A stretch of 42,479 nucleotides of DNA, taken from IMG/VR virus record IMGVR_UViG_3300048576_000489, positions 1-42,479 of that record; one strand, given 5' to 3'. Every line of letters begins with the position of its first letter. The stretch's first letter is position 1. Position numbers and translations under genes: made by a program. Of this stretch, positions 9,323-18,763 are shown piece after piece. The notes under the pieces were generated by a model. The model was not told the DNA's origin and ran no database searches. It worked only from the letters and a program-made list of their open reading frames with translations. Source of the stretch: a virus (lineage: Duplodnaviria > Caudoviricetes).

Positions 9323-10325
9323 TTCCCGCCTCCTCGTAGCCCCGTTTAATCGTGATCTCCGTGGCGTAGCCCTTGCCCTGCTCGATGCTGTGGCGCGACG
9401 AGTCGATCAGGTACGTCCCGTCGAAACGGCCGAATCCGGCCAGGGCCACGGTGTTTCCGGCCACCAGCCGCGTGTTGCCCTCGCAGTTGATAGTCCCCTC
9501 GTATTTGCCGTCGTTTTGCCGCTCCAGTTCGGCCTCGGCCTGGAGCTTGGCCTGCTGGGCGTTTTCGCAGCGGCGGGTGATTTTGCAGGTGTCTCCGGAC
9601 GCGGCGCCGGAGGCCTGTGCCCGGTGCGTGTGACAGGTTTTCGTTTTTGGATCGTCGTAGGAGCACTCGCAGTCCTTGTAGGCCTTGAGCGACTGATCCC
9701 GCAGACTATAGGACGCCACGCCGCCCACCCGATTGAGCGTCAGGACCGGGGCGGCCTGGCGCAATTTTGCATACTGGCTGAACACCAATTGATCGCCCTT
9801 GACGGAAAACACGTGGCCGTAATCGCCCGCCAACCGCTTCACGAACGACAGATCGGTTTCCTGGTTCTGGGTGATCCGATTGAGGCGCACGTCCGGGATG
9901 TCGCCGAGCACCCGAAAGCCGTGGCGGCGAGCCACGGTGGTGGCGACCTCGCGTAGACTGGCCCCTTCGTAGGCTTGGGACCGTTTGGTGCGCTGGGCGG
10001 GGGTCACGCCGCTGGCCAGGGCCCGGATATGCATCACAGCCTCGGGGCCGGAGATCTCGATCTCCTCGATCTCAAACGACCCGCACGGCATAAGCTGCTC
10101 CCCGGCGTAGCCCATGGCCACCACGATGGCGTCGCCCTGGCTCGGGTACCAGGACGTGCGCCACACGCCGGTGGAATCCTCCAGGACCAAGTCCACCTCA
10201 TCGGACGATCCCGCCACGCTGTCGCTGTAGGTCACCGACTTCACGTAAGACATGATCGCGGACGTCACGTCTTTCCCCGCGATGCTTACCGTCCATTGCG
10301 GGGTGCGGACTTTCATCTTTTCCAT
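9315..10325 (-). CDS. Phage late control D family (tail hub) protein
   Basis: ITQNQETDLSFVKRLA and GFGRFDGTYLIDSSRH motifs. Confidence 0.92.
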   Translation of the reverse strand: MEKMKVRTPQWTVSIAGKDVTSAIMSYVKSVTYSDSVAGSSDEVDLVLEDSTGVWRTSWYPSQGDAIVVAMGYAGEQLMPCGSFEIEEIEISGPEAVMHIRALASGVTPAQRTKRSQAYEGASLREVATTVARRHGFRVLGDIPDVRLNRITQNQETDLSFVKRLAGDYGHVFSVKGDQLVFSQYAKLRQAAPVLTLNRVGGVASYSLRDQSLKAYKDCECSYDDPKTKTCHTHRAQASGAASGDTCKITRRCENAQQAKLQAEAELERQNDGKYEGTINCEGNTRLVAGNTVALAGFGRFDGTYLIDSSRHSIEQGKGYATEITIKRGYEEAGNA

Positions 10326-10531
10326 GGCGGCAGATCCTCGGCCAGGGTGTCGGGGGATTCTATGATGGGGATGAGCAGGCGGATGCCGCCGGTCAGGACC
10401 GTGTCGCGGGGCTGGCCGGGGTTGGCGGCCATGATGCGCTCGTAGCCCATGGGGTCGCGATAGTAGCGCCAGGCCAGGAGGTCCCAGCGCTCTCCCTCAG
10501 TGGTGACGTGCTCAAGATACGCCGCACTCAC
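10313..10531 (-). CDS. Tail protein X (LysM-like)
   Basis: TTEGERWDLLAWRYY...IMAANP...LPPWKR; GTG start overlaps the gpU stop. Confidence 0.88.
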   Translation of the reverse strand: MSAAYLEHVTTEGERWDLLAWRYYRDPMGYERIMAANPGQPRDTVLTGGIRLLIPIIESPDTLAEDLPPWKR

Positions 10532-10971
10532 CGCCACACGCTCCCGATCAGCGACTGGCCGGACTGAGCGACGGCCTCGCCCGCGCCCGAGGATTCGCCG
10601 CCCACCCACTCTTTGAGCTTGAGCGTGGCCGCCAGCTCCATGGCGCGTCCGGCAGGTCCGGTAAAAAGCGTGTCCTCGTTGATGGAGACGATCACGTAGC
10701 GCCCGAGATATGTCCCGGTCCCAAGCGACAGAGGCAGGGCCTGGTGCCCGGCGGCGGCGGTCCGGAGCGCCGTCATCACGGTGTCGGGGTCGCAAAAGGA
10801 ATGGTGCAGGCGGATGGTCCAGTTGCGGTCGCGCAAGGCATCGCCGGTCCATTGCAGCTTAGGCTTGCCCTCGATGACGGCGTGCTCGGCGTAGGTGTGG
10901 CCGATGGACAGGTCCGCCGACTCCGGCGCACGCAACAGCTCGAAGCGGATGTCGCCCAGGGTGGCCCACAT
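10528..10971 (-). CDS. P2 GpU-like tail protein
   Basis: MWATLGDIRF...YAEHAVIEGKPKLQWTG...GTYLGRYVI. Confidence 0.88.
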   Translation of the reverse strand: MWATLGDIRFELLRAPESADLSIGHTYAEHAVIEGKPKLQWTGDALRDRNWTIRLHHSFCDPDTVMTALRTAAAGHQALPLSLGTGTYLGRYVIVSINEDTLFTGPAGRAMELAATLKLKEWVGGESSGAGEAVAQSGQSLIGSVWR

Positions 10972-13437
10972 TTAGTACGCCCTCCGGGCGTTGCGGGCCA
11001 CGACCTGCTCGATCAGGCGCACAAGCTCATGCTCATGCTGCTTGAGGGCGACCATGATGCCGTCCTTGTCCGCCCCGCCTTTGGCGTTGACGGTATAATT
11101 GACGGTCACGTTTCCGCCGCCTGCCTGGCCCCGGCTTCCACGTCCGGACGCGGCAGTCCCGGCCGCCGGACGCGGCGCTGGCGCGGCTGGCGCGCCACCC
11201 ACGGGCACGGTGCGTCCGAGGTTCCGGGGCATGGCCCTTGCGGCGGGCGGGATCGAATCGGCCATGCCGCCATGCCTGCGCAGGATGGCTTGCAGACGGG
11301 GATCTTGCCACTTGGCGTCGCCCATAAGGCTTGAAGCCTTGGCGGCCATTCCGCCGTGCCTGCCCAGGATGGCTTGCAAACGCGGATCCTGCCACTTGGC
11401 GTCGCCCATGAGGCTTGTGGCCTTGGCGGCCACAGTGGCCTTGTTCACGGGAGCCATCCCGGCGCCCGCAGCCGCCGTCATGGCCTTGACCAGCGGCCCG
11501 GCGTCGACGCCCTCGGCGATGGTCTCGATGAGCCGGACGCGGTGCAGATCCCGCAGCGGCCCAGCCTTGGCGGGTGAGAATGGCCAGTAGGACCGCACCT
11601 TCTCGGCGATCCCCTTGACGCCATCCAGCAACTTGCCTGCGGCGGACATCATGCCCTGCCACAACTGCTCGATGATGCCCACGCCAGCCTGAAACATCCG
11701 GGCGGGCAGGCTCGTAAACACCGAGAGCAACCGGCCGCCCACCTGGACCACGGCGGAAACCGCGCGGGACACGCCGCTTTGTATGGCCGCCATCCCGCCG
11801 GTTATTGCGCTGGACAACGCTGTCCCAATCGAACCGGCCACGGTCTTCAGGTAGTCCCAAAAACGTTGGGTTGCGGCCTTGACCGTGTCCCAATGCCTGA
11901 CCAGCATGTAGATGCCCACGCCCAGGGCGATGACCGCCGCAATGATCCAGGTGATGGGATTGGCCAATAGCGCCGTAGTGAACGCCCACGCCCCCTTTGC
12001 CGCCGCGAGGAAGGCGGTCAGAAGCGTGCGGCCGAGGATGGGACCGAGCCAGACCAGCGCCCGGCCGAGCATGCCGACCCCGCCCGCCACGGCCGAAAAC
12101 ACACCGAGTAACGCGGACACGCCGCTGCCCACGGCTCCGGCCACGATGCCCACGCCGCCCAAAACCACCAGGAGTCCGCCCACGGCCAAGGCGCCCAGCC
12201 CCAGCCATTTGACCAGGTCCTTGTTACGGTCGATCCAGGCCATCATGGGGCCGCCGACAAATTCGTTGACCGCCTTCATGTACGGATACAGCGACGTGAC
12301 CATGGGGCCGCCGAAGGCCGCCCAGAAATTTTCGATGGTGCCGGTCAGGGCCTCCCAGATATTGCGCGCGGATTTGTTAGTCTCTTCAATGCGCTGCATG
12401 AGGTCGGCCTGTCGGGCCATGGTGGCCATGGCGTTGTGCAAGCCGCCCACTCCGGCATCCGAGAGCATGGAGGCCACGCGCCCGCCCTCCATGCCGAAAA
12501 TCTTATTCATGACATTGAGCTTGTCCTGCTCGGTGAGCACCTTGAGCTTTTCCAGTTCCGCCACCATCTTTTCAAGGCCGACGAATTTCCCGGAGGAATC
12601 GAAGAAATTCATTTTGATGCCGGCATGCGCCAAGTCCGAATTGATCTCCTGCATGATCTTGGAATTGCGACCGAGCTTTTGCTCCATCATGCCGATGTTG
12701 TTGAGCATGGAGGCGAAGTTCGTCCCGAAGACAGACCCTTCCATGCCCTTCTGGCGGGCGATGCCCTGCATGGCCAGGAACATTTTGGTGTTCTCGATAC
12801 CGGTCAGCTTGAGGTTGTTCAGCGTCGCCCCGGCATACTGCGCGGCGTATTTGACCTCTTCGGGATTGAGTCCAAACGCGAACTTGGCCCGCTGGGTCAG
12901 GTCCGCCATCTTGGTCAATTCGTTTTCAGCCAGCCCGAAGGCCTCCCGGAACTTGGCGACCATCTCCGCCGCCCCGGCCTGGGGTATTTTCAAGATGACG
13001 CCCAGGTACGCCGCCGCCTTGAGCCCGCCGTTCACCACGGTCTCAAGCGACGTGCCATTCTCAATGAGCGCCCGGGCGGAGTTGACGAAATCCGCCGTGG
13101 TTCCGGGCAGGATGTTGCCCAGTTCCACGGCTTGGCGGTTGATCTCCGCGAACTGCGGCGGAATGCGCCCCAGGTTGTCCATCATGGCCACGCGCAGGTT
13201 CGTCGAGGCCTCGTCCAGGTTGGCGAAGGCGGCGATGGGCGTTTGCAGGGCACTCACGATGCCGTGCCCCATCAGGCTGGCCTTGGTCCCCATCTCGGTC
13301 ATTTTGGCCGAGACCTGGGACACGCTCTGCTGCAAACGGGCGAAGCCCTGGGCCGCCTTGTCGGTCGCGCCGCCTATGACGCCGCTCATCTTGTCGATGG
13401 CAGTCAGCACGATGCCGAGTTGCAGCAGTCCGTTCAC
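10972..13437 (-). CDS. Tail tape measure protein
   Basis: 821-aa Ala/Gly-rich helical protein with LANPITWII and WPFSPAKAGPL motifs; follows the chaperone genes. Confidence 0.93.
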   Translation of the reverse strand: MNGLLQLGIVLTAIDKMSGVIGGATDKAAQGFARLQQSVSQVSAKMTEMGTKASLMGHGIVSALQTPIAAFANLDEASTNLRVAMMDNLGRIPPQFAEINRQAVELGNILPGTTADFVNSARALIENGTSLETVVNGGLKAAAYLGVILKIPQAGAAEMVAKFREAFGLAENELTKMADLTQRAKFAFGLNPEEVKYAAQYAGATLNNLKLTGIENTKMFLAMQGIARQKGMEGSVFGTNFASMLNNIGMMEQKLGRNSKIMQEINSDLAHAGIKMNFFDSSGKFVGLEKMVAELEKLKVLTEQDKLNVMNKIFGMEGGRVASMLSDAGVGGLHNAMATMARQADLMQRIEETNKSARNIWEALTGTIENFWAAFGGPMVTSLYPYMKAVNEFVGGPMMAWIDRNKDLVKWLGLGALAVGGLLVVLGGVGIVAGAVGSGVSALLGVFSAVAGGVGMLGRALVWLGPILGRTLLTAFLAAAKGAWAFTTALLANPITWIIAAVIALGVGIYMLVRHWDTVKAATQRFWDYLKTVAGSIGTALSSAITGGMAAIQSGVSRAVSAVVQVGGRLLSVFTSLPARMFQAGVGIIEQLWQGMMSAAGKLLDGVKGIAEKVRSYWPFSPAKAGPLRDLHRVRLIETIAEGVDAGPLVKAMTAAAGAGMAPVNKATVAAKATSLMGDAKWQDPRLQAILGRHGGMAAKASSLMGDAKWQDPRLQAILRRHGGMADSIPPAARAMPRNLGRTVPVGGAPAAPAPRPAAGTAASGRGSRGQAGGGNVTVNYTVNAKGGADKDGIMVALKQHEHELVRLIEQVVARNARRAY
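11260..11427 (-). repeat. Two-copy 84-bp tandem repeat inside the tape measure gene
   Basis: Both copies encode AKA(T/S)SLMGDAKWQDPRLQAIL(G/R)RHGGMA; units 11260-11343 and 11344-11427. Confidence 0.9.
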
Positions 13438-13477
13438 GAGATTCTCCAGGCGGCGGGGGCGGCCTTTCGCCGCCCCG

Positions 13478-13627
13478 TCATTCTGTCCTGTTCATGTCGT
13501 TGTGGTACTCCACGGCCTCCCGGCACCAGCGGGCCAGATCGGCCGCGTCCATGGCCATCAATTCGCCGTGGCTCCAGCCGGTCACGGCTGCGAGGTGCAG
13601 GACGGAGCGGGCGTCGACGGCAAAAAA
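13478..13627 (-). CDS. GpE'-like C-terminal extension reached by -1 frameshift
   Basis: The -1 frame reads FAVDARSVLHLAAVTGWSHGELMAMDAADLARW, the P2 GpE' pattern; it has no start codon of its own. Confidence 0.8.
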   Translation of the reverse strand, partial: FFAVDARSVLHLAAVTGWSHGELMAMDAADLARWCREAVEYHNDMNRTE

Positions 13628-14001
13628 TCGCCGCCGGTCAGCTCCCCGGTCTTGACGTTTAAAAGCATGACGTCGCCGAGCGGCATCTCCAGGATGTCCT
13701 CGAGCACACGCCGTTTGCCGTCGAACGTGCACAGACTGGCGATCAGGCCGTACATGACCAGATGCGTGTCGGTCCCGGCGGCGCGCTGGGCGGCCAGCAG
13801 GTCGCGGCCCTTGCCCGGGCGCATGACCACCCGCACGCCCGACGGCAGCAGGAAACCCTCGTCCTTTGGCGGCAAGGACGCGCAGGCGTCGTCGATCTCC
13901 TGGAGGTGTTCTTCCAGGCCCGTGGCCACGGCCTCGGCCAGGCTTTCGGCGACGGGTGGCTGGGGCGCGGCGGCCGGGTCGATGCTGTTCGGATCGCTCA
14001 T
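13582..14001 (-). CDS. Tail assembly chaperone (gpE/gp41-like)
   Basis: FLLPSGVRVVMRPGKGRDLLAAQR...EDILEMPLGD; lies between tube and tape measure; GGAG RBS. Confidence 0.85.
   Translation of the reverse strand: MSDPNSIDPAAAPQPPVAESLAEAVATGLEEHLQEIDDACASLPPKDEGFLLPSGVRVVMRPGKGRDLLAAQRAAGTDTHLVMYGLIASLCTFDGKRRVLEDILEMPLGDVMLLNVKTGELTGGDFLPSTPAPSCTSQP
13621..13627 (-). promoter_or_regulatory. Programmed -1 ribosomal frameshift slippery site TTTTTTG
   Basis: GAT TTT TTG near the 3' end of the chaperone gene, the same T6G motif as in P2 gene E. Confidence 0.8.
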
Positions 14002-14024
14002 GGATTTCTCCCGTGGGTTTGGGG

Positions 14025-14549
14025 TTATCCGCCGATGTTCTGGCGGTAGGTGGCCAGGAGGTCGACGCCATCCACCTTGAGGATGTTGGACAGGGCGTCG
14101 ATCTCGTAAAGCTCCCGGCCGTCCGAAACGCACTTCACGTAGCTGCAGGAAAACTTGGACGGAAATTCGGCCGGATTCTGGGGTTTGTAGTCGCCAAAGC
14201 TCACCTCTTTGAACTGGCCGCGCAGGTGCACCACCAGGGGCGCTTCGGCGATGAGTCCGGAATCGTCCCAGGTCTGGAGCGACCCGCGAACCTGCAGTGC
14301 CACAGCCTTGAAGGGGTTGGCGACCGTCGGCAGCACGTCCGGGTAAAAGCTGGCCCATTTGAAGTCCGCCTCCATCTTGTCGATGCCCGACGGCAGTTCG
14401 ACCTTGGCGATCATTCCCAGGGCCTTGTGTTCGCTCATGACGTTTTTGACCGCCGGGACCTTGGCCTCTTCGCACCGACCAAGCTGCGAATCGCCATTCA
14501 AGTAGACGTTGCAGTTCGTCAGGCGGTTGATCTGGATCGGGGTGGGCAT
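14025..14549 (-). CDS. Major tail tube protein (P2 FII-like)
   Basis: NCNVYLNG...EHKALGMIAKVELPSGIDKME...YEIDALSNILKVDGVD. Confidence 0.92.
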   Translation of the reverse strand: MPTPIQINRLTNCNVYLNGDSQLGRCEEAKVPAVKNVMSEHKALGMIAKVELPSGIDKMEADFKWASFYPDVLPTVANPFKAVALQVRGSLQTWDDSGLIAEAPLVVHLRGQFKEVSFGDYKPQNPAEFPSKFSCSYVKCVSDGRELYEIDALSNILKVDGVDLLATYRQNIGG

Positions 14550-14558
14550 GCGGTCTCC

Positions 14559-16286
14559 TTATGAGGACGTCGTGGCCACGGTGTTGGCCGAGGCGTTGAG
14601 CTGGGACAGGTAGTTGATGTTCACGCGGCTCTCGAATGTGATGCGTTCGGCCGGGGGCGGCGGCATGAAGTCGTAGCTGAACGTGATGTGCCCGGCGGCC
14701 AGCTCCGTGGCCTCGTTGAGGCTCTTGTCGTACCAGCAGCGGCCGTCCAGGATGGCCCCGCGCGCCACGAGGGTACGCATAAAGCTGTTCACGCTTTCTG
14801 TGACGGCGTCGATGAAGGCGTTGGTGATGGGCCGGTCCAGGAACTGGAGCATGCTGTATTCGATGGACTCGGCGATCACGTCGGCAACACGACGGACATT
14901 GATGAACTGCTTGGGTCCGGTGACCGAGGGCCAGGCGGCGGAGCGGTTGCCCCAGGTGCGCAGCCCCGTGGCGTAGGCGTTGAAGATGGTGGTGATGCCC
15001 ACCTCGTTTAAGAGGTTGCACTCGGAGTTGGCGTCGTTGATCCCGGCCGTGAGCCGTATCTCCATGCCGACGATGCCCTGTATCTCTGTGTTGGACGGAC
15101 TCCACCAATACCCCTTGTCCATGTCCTTGGCGGCCAGCACCCCGGCCAGACGCGCCGACAACGGTTGCAGCCGGGTGGTGTCGGTGGACGTATCGTAGAC
15201 CTTGCAGTGGGGGTAGCACAGCACGGCCCTGGGACTCGACGTGCCAAAGTTGATAGCGCCAAGGGGACCACGCCCGGCCAGCGCCTGCTGGAAGGTGACG
15301 CCCACGGGCGCGTCCACCATGGAGATGGCCCGCATAGCCTCGGCCAAAACGATCAATTCCGACGTCACGGACGTCAGCGGCGAATAGCCCGGCGCCACCA
15401 GGATCTTCGGCCAGAAGCCGTACAGGTTGAAGCAATCCTTGAACGCCTGCATGCCGAGCCGCTCTCCGGCCACGTCGGTCCAGCCGATGATTTCCGACGG
15501 CAACACCTTCGACGGATCGGCATAGGTGAAGCCCACCTTGACCGCCGCGCCCTTGGCGATGCTCCCGGCGGCCAGCCTGGTCACGACGCCCTCGACGGGC
15601 TCGACGGTGTAGTCCGTGCCGAGGACGTAGGTGGTTGCGCCATCGTGGGACTTGACCACCACGTCGGAGACGCCGGGAGCGCCCAAAAGCAGCGTGTCGT
15701 CGTCGGCGAACAGGGCGTCGCCCAGCGGCCACTGCGAGGTGTGGCTGTTGGTGTAGGCGTAACTGACGGACACCGTGGCCAGGGCCGGGATGGATCCCTC
15801 GGCCAGCCGGGTGATGACGCCCGTGGCCGGGTTGACTGAATAGTCCGTGCCGGAGATGAAGGTGTGCGTCCTGGCCTGGTTTTTGACGATGACCCCGGAG
15901 ATGTCCTCGCGGTCCAGGGTGATGGTCCCGGCCGCCCCGAAGGTCATTTCCTCGGCCGGGACATCGATGACCCGCTCGCCCCCCTCGGGGTCGAAGACGT
16001 TGATGACCACCACCGCGCCGTAGCCCGAGCCGTTGACCTGCTGGTCGCGGATGGCGTCCAGGGCCTGCGGGATGGTGTAGCCCTCCCGGGCCGTGCCAAA
16101 GTATTTGGCGGCGGACTGGTCGTTGAGGATCAGGATCGGCTCGCCTACGGTGCGATAGGCCGGGTCGACTTCAAATACCGGCGCGGTGCCGACAAGTCCG
16201 ATGACGGCCGTTTTCACCAGCCTGATGGGCACGGGCCCGTCGTCGATTTCGACGGTCTCGACGCCGTGAAGGAAGTTCGCGGGCAT
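14559..16286 (-). CDS. Tail sheath protein (FI-like) with two inserted beta-domains
   Basis: NFLHGVETVEI, GYWWSPSN, GLRTWGNRS and PPPPAERITF motifs. Confidence 0.95.
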   Translation of the reverse strand: MPANFLHGVETVEIDDGPVPIRLVKTAVIGLVGTAPVFEVDPAYRTVGEPILILNDQSAAKYFGTAREGYTIPQALDAIRDQQVNGSGYGAVVVINVFDPEGGERVIDVPAEEMTFGAAGTITLDREDISGVIVKNQARTHTFISGTDYSVNPATGVITRLAEGSIPALATVSVSYAYTNSHTSQWPLGDALFADDDTLLLGAPGVSDVVVKSHDGATTYVLGTDYTVEPVEGVVTRLAAGSIAKGAAVKVGFTYADPSKVLPSEIIGWTDVAGERLGMQAFKDCFNLYGFWPKILVAPGYSPLTSVTSELIVLAEAMRAISMVDAPVGVTFQQALAGRGPLGAINFGTSSPRAVLCYPHCKVYDTSTDTTRLQPLSARLAGVLAAKDMDKGYWWSPSNTEIQGIVGMEIRLTAGINDANSECNLLNEVGITTIFNAYATGLRTWGNRSAAWPSVTGPKQFINVRRVADVIAESIEYSMLQFLDRPITNAFIDAVTESVNSFMRTLVARGAILDGRCWYDKSLNEATELAAGHITFSYDFMPPPPAERITFESRVNINYLSQLNASANTVATTSS

Positions 16287-16289
16287 CTG

Positions 16290-16616
16290 TTATTCCCCCG
16301 TGGGTTTGGTGTTGGCGACGGAAGCGACTGTCGGGGAGGGCTGGGCGGCAGAGGCCGTCCCGGAGGGCGAAGACTCCGCTTTCACGACCGAGGCGGCGGG
16401 TGGCGTGACGGCCGGAATGATCGGCGCGGCCGGGGCCGCAGGGCTGGCCACAGGCGTCAGGTGGCCCCGGGCCACGAGCGCTTGGACGTAGGCGTTGTCC
16501 TCGGGCAGGGCGATGTCCCGGCCCGGAAAAAGCCGCACCTGACGGCCTTTGGGGAAAGCGTCGTCGGGCAGGGTCACAGCCGAAAGAGGGCCGCTGTAGC
16601 GGTAGGTCTTGTCCAT
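16290..16616 (-). CDS. Small hypothetical tail-region protein
   Basis: YRYSGPLSAVTL...YVQALVARGHL followed by a low-complexity tail; position before the sheath; GGAG RBS. Confidence 0.7.
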   Translation of the reverse strand: MDKTYRYSGPLSAVTLPDDAFPKGRQVRLFPGRDIALPEDNAYVQALVARGHLTPVASPAAPAAPIIPAVTPPAASVVKAESSPSGTASAAQPSPTVASVANTKPTGE

Positions 16617-16617
16617 G

Positions 16618-17112
16618 TCATTTCTCCACGATGATGGGGGCGGGGTCGATGCCGCCCGCAACCACGATTTTGGCGGCGGCCAGGGCGTAGGCCACGTCAT
16701 CCGGGAATTGCGCCTGGGAGACCCAGGGCACGTCCGCCGCGTACACGGCCAGGTAGGTCCACACGCCGCTTGACACATCCTCGAACTGTTCGCGGGCCGG
16801 ATAGAATCTGGCGCCACGGATGGCGTGACCAGCCAAGACGGTGCGGACAGCGTCCAACACGGCATAGGCCCCGGCGTGGTCGCGCAGGGAGCGCATCTTG
16901 ACCACCAGTTGAAACTCCAGGCGGCGTTTTTGCTCCGTTCCGGCCAGCACGAACGGCTCGGGGAGACGGCTGCCGGAATACCCCACCAGCACCACGCCGT
17001 GGGGATGCGTCAGCCGGTATGCCTCGGGCTTGTCCGGAAATGCCTCGACCCTGACGTCCGGAAGCGCCTCGGCCAGGACGGCCACCATGTCCCGCTCGAT
17101 CTCCGCGATCAT
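16618..17112 (-). CDS. Mu Gp37-like tail terminator protein
   Basis: VEAFPDKPEAYRLTHPHGVVLVGYSGS...GAYAVLDAVR. Confidence 0.82.
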   Translation of the reverse strand: MIAEIERDMVAVLAEALPDVRVEAFPDKPEAYRLTHPHGVVLVGYSGSRLPEPFVLAGTEQKRRLEFQLVVKMRSLRDHAGAYAVLDAVRTVLAGHAIRGARFYPAREQFEDVSSGVWTYLAVYAADVPWVSQAQFPDDVAYALAAAKIVVAGGIDPAPIIVEK

Positions 17113-17555
17113 CAGAACCGCTCCAGGATGTCGTCGCCGAATTCCCGGCGATGTCCGTTGACCCGCACCCCGGAGGCGTGCGGCGCGGGATCTGGCTGCC
17201 CGGCGGCCACCCCCAGGGTGACGTGCCCGGCCTGAATTTCGCGCAGGAGCCGAAGCGCCCGATCATGGGCCTTCTCCAGGTTTTTCGGAGGCTCGCCGTC
17301 GGCCTCGGGCCGCCGTCCCCACAGGTCATAGGCGACCAGGTCGGCCGCGATCTCGCGCACCAGGCCCGGGACGGGGTCGAGCGGCAGCTCGTAGCGGTCA
17401 CGCAGATACCCGTCCACGATCTCCCCGGCCGCTGCGATGGCGGCGTCCAGCACGGCGGCGTCCACGGCCTCGGGCGGCACGCGGTCGTCGGTCAGCTCGA
17501 CAAGCCGGTCATGGGTGAGCCGCCGCGTAAGGTCCGCCTGCGCGCAATAGGCCAT
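17112..17555 (-). CDS. Mu gp36-like head-tail connector (DUF1320)
   Basis: MAYCAQADL...IVDGYLRDRYELPL...LREIQAGHVTLG. Confidence 0.88.
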   Translation of the reverse strand: MAYCAQADLTRRLTHDRLVELTDDRVPPEAVDAAVLDAAIAAAGEIVDGYLRDRYELPLDPVPGLVREIAADLVAYDLWGRRPEADGEPPKNLEKAHDRALRLLREIQAGHVTLGVAAGQPDPAPHASGVRVNGHRREFGDDILERF

Positions 17556-17812
17556 TACTTCGCCACCTTGGCCTTGCCGGTTTCGGCGGCGGGCGCGGCC
17601 TCGGAAGCGGACGCGGCGTTGCCGACTTCGGGAGCCTCGGGCTCCGGCTCCTTGGGCGCGGCCGGGGCGGACGCAGCTTCGAGGCTGTAGACCCTGGCCG
17701 CACCGGAGGCGATCAGGGCCTGCTCGACGGCATCGGGCAGTCCACTGACGATCTCGTAGGCCGGGATCCGTGTGCCGTCGTGCAGCACGGTGTTCAGCAT
17801 CTGGATTGTCAT
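17555..17812 (-). CDS. Small hypothetical head-associated protein
   Basis: 85 aa directly after the capsid gene; AGGAGG RBS; stop overlaps the next start. Confidence 0.65.
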   Translation of the reverse strand: MTIQMLNTVLHDGTRIPAYEIVSGLPDAVEQALIASGAARVYSLEAASAPAAPKEPEPEAPEVGNAASASEAAPAAETGKAKVAK

Positions 17813-17821
17813 GACGCCTCC

Positions 17822-18754
17822 TTACGCGACCACGTTTTGCAGGAAGTAGCCGCAGTCCGGGCAGGTGATCAGCTCGCACACGGATTCACCGGCGCGCACC
17901 ATCTCGCCGCCGTACAGGCCGATGTTCTTGTCTTCCCACGCCCCGGCGATGGGCTGGCCGAAGGGCACGGTCATGCCGAAGGTCACGTCGCGCTGGGGCG
18001 CGGCCTGCTTGTTGCGGTAGGTGAGCGCGATGTGCTTGCCCCACGTCCTGGAAAGGTTCATCGGCTGTCCCTTCCTGGCCGTATTCACGAAGGACTCTCC
18101 GACCAGGATCTCTTCCAGCTCGAAGAGGTCGGCCACGTCCTGGCGGCGGGCGATGCCCGATTCGCCCGCATTGCGCAGGCAGGCGGACACGATCTTGGGA
18201 TGCCGGGCCAGCTTCGACCAGGCCGAGCGGCCGATGGTCATGGTGTTGGGGCGCACGATGCAGGAATCCAGGGCGTCGGAGATGACGCCGACGGGATCGG
18301 AGGCACTGTCCGAAAACTGGCTCGCTCCGGACAGGGTGACTTTGTTCCCGGCCGGATAGGTGGCCGGATTGAACACCAGGCTGGCCACGCGCACCTCGCG
18401 GTCCAGGGCCAGCAGGTTCATGATGTATTCCGTGGCCGTGGCCCTGGGATCGATGCCCGGAGGGGCGTTGGCGATGTCCTTGGCCGGGATCCCGTCCTCC
18501 AGGCCGTAATCCTGGGTGGAGCCGGTCTTCTCTTCGGCGGTGAACTCGATCTGGTTGACCTTGCTGCGACGTCCGACCTTGGTGTCGGGCACGGTGAAGC
18601 CCTGGGCCAGATTGTAGGCGAAGTAGATGAACTCCTCGGTGCTCACCGGTGTGACCCGGGGCAGCACCAGGTCCGCGATCATCGTCCGGTTGCGGTAGGC
18701 GATGGCGACGGCCATCAATTCCGGGATGATCGGAAAAGGCGCTTTGCGGCCCAT
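17822..18754 (-). CDS. Major capsid protein
   Basis: IAYRNRTMIADLVLPRV...ELITCPDCGYFLQNVVA; follows protease and decoration genes. Confidence 0.88.
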   Translation of the reverse strand: MGRKAPFPIIPELMAVAIAYRNRTMIADLVLPRVTPVSTEEFIYFAYNLAQGFTVPDTKVGRRSKVNQIEFTAEEKTGSTQDYGLEDGIPAKDIANAPPGIDPRATATEYIMNLLALDREVRVASLVFNPATYPAGNKVTLSGASQFSDSASDPVGVISDALDSCIVRPNTMTIGRSAWSKLARHPKIVSACLRNAGESGIARRQDVADLFELEEILVGESFVNTARKGQPMNLSRTWGKHIALTYRNKQAAPQRDVTFGMTVPFGQPIAGAWEDKNIGLYGGEMVRAGESVCELITCPDCGYFLQNVVA

Positions 18755-18763
18755 AAAACCTCC

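Noticed and set aside
11912-14080. Long plus-strand ORFs antisense to tail, head and terminase genes (e.g. 722 aa here, 530 aa at 17780, 575 aa minus at 22878)
   Set aside because: Shadow ORFs of GC-rich coding DNA with no recognisable motifs, opposite clearly identified genes
13582-15732. 716-aa ORF as listed in the track
   Set aside because: Only the last 139 aa (from ATG 14001) are the chaperone; the rest overlaps sheath and tube genes in another frame
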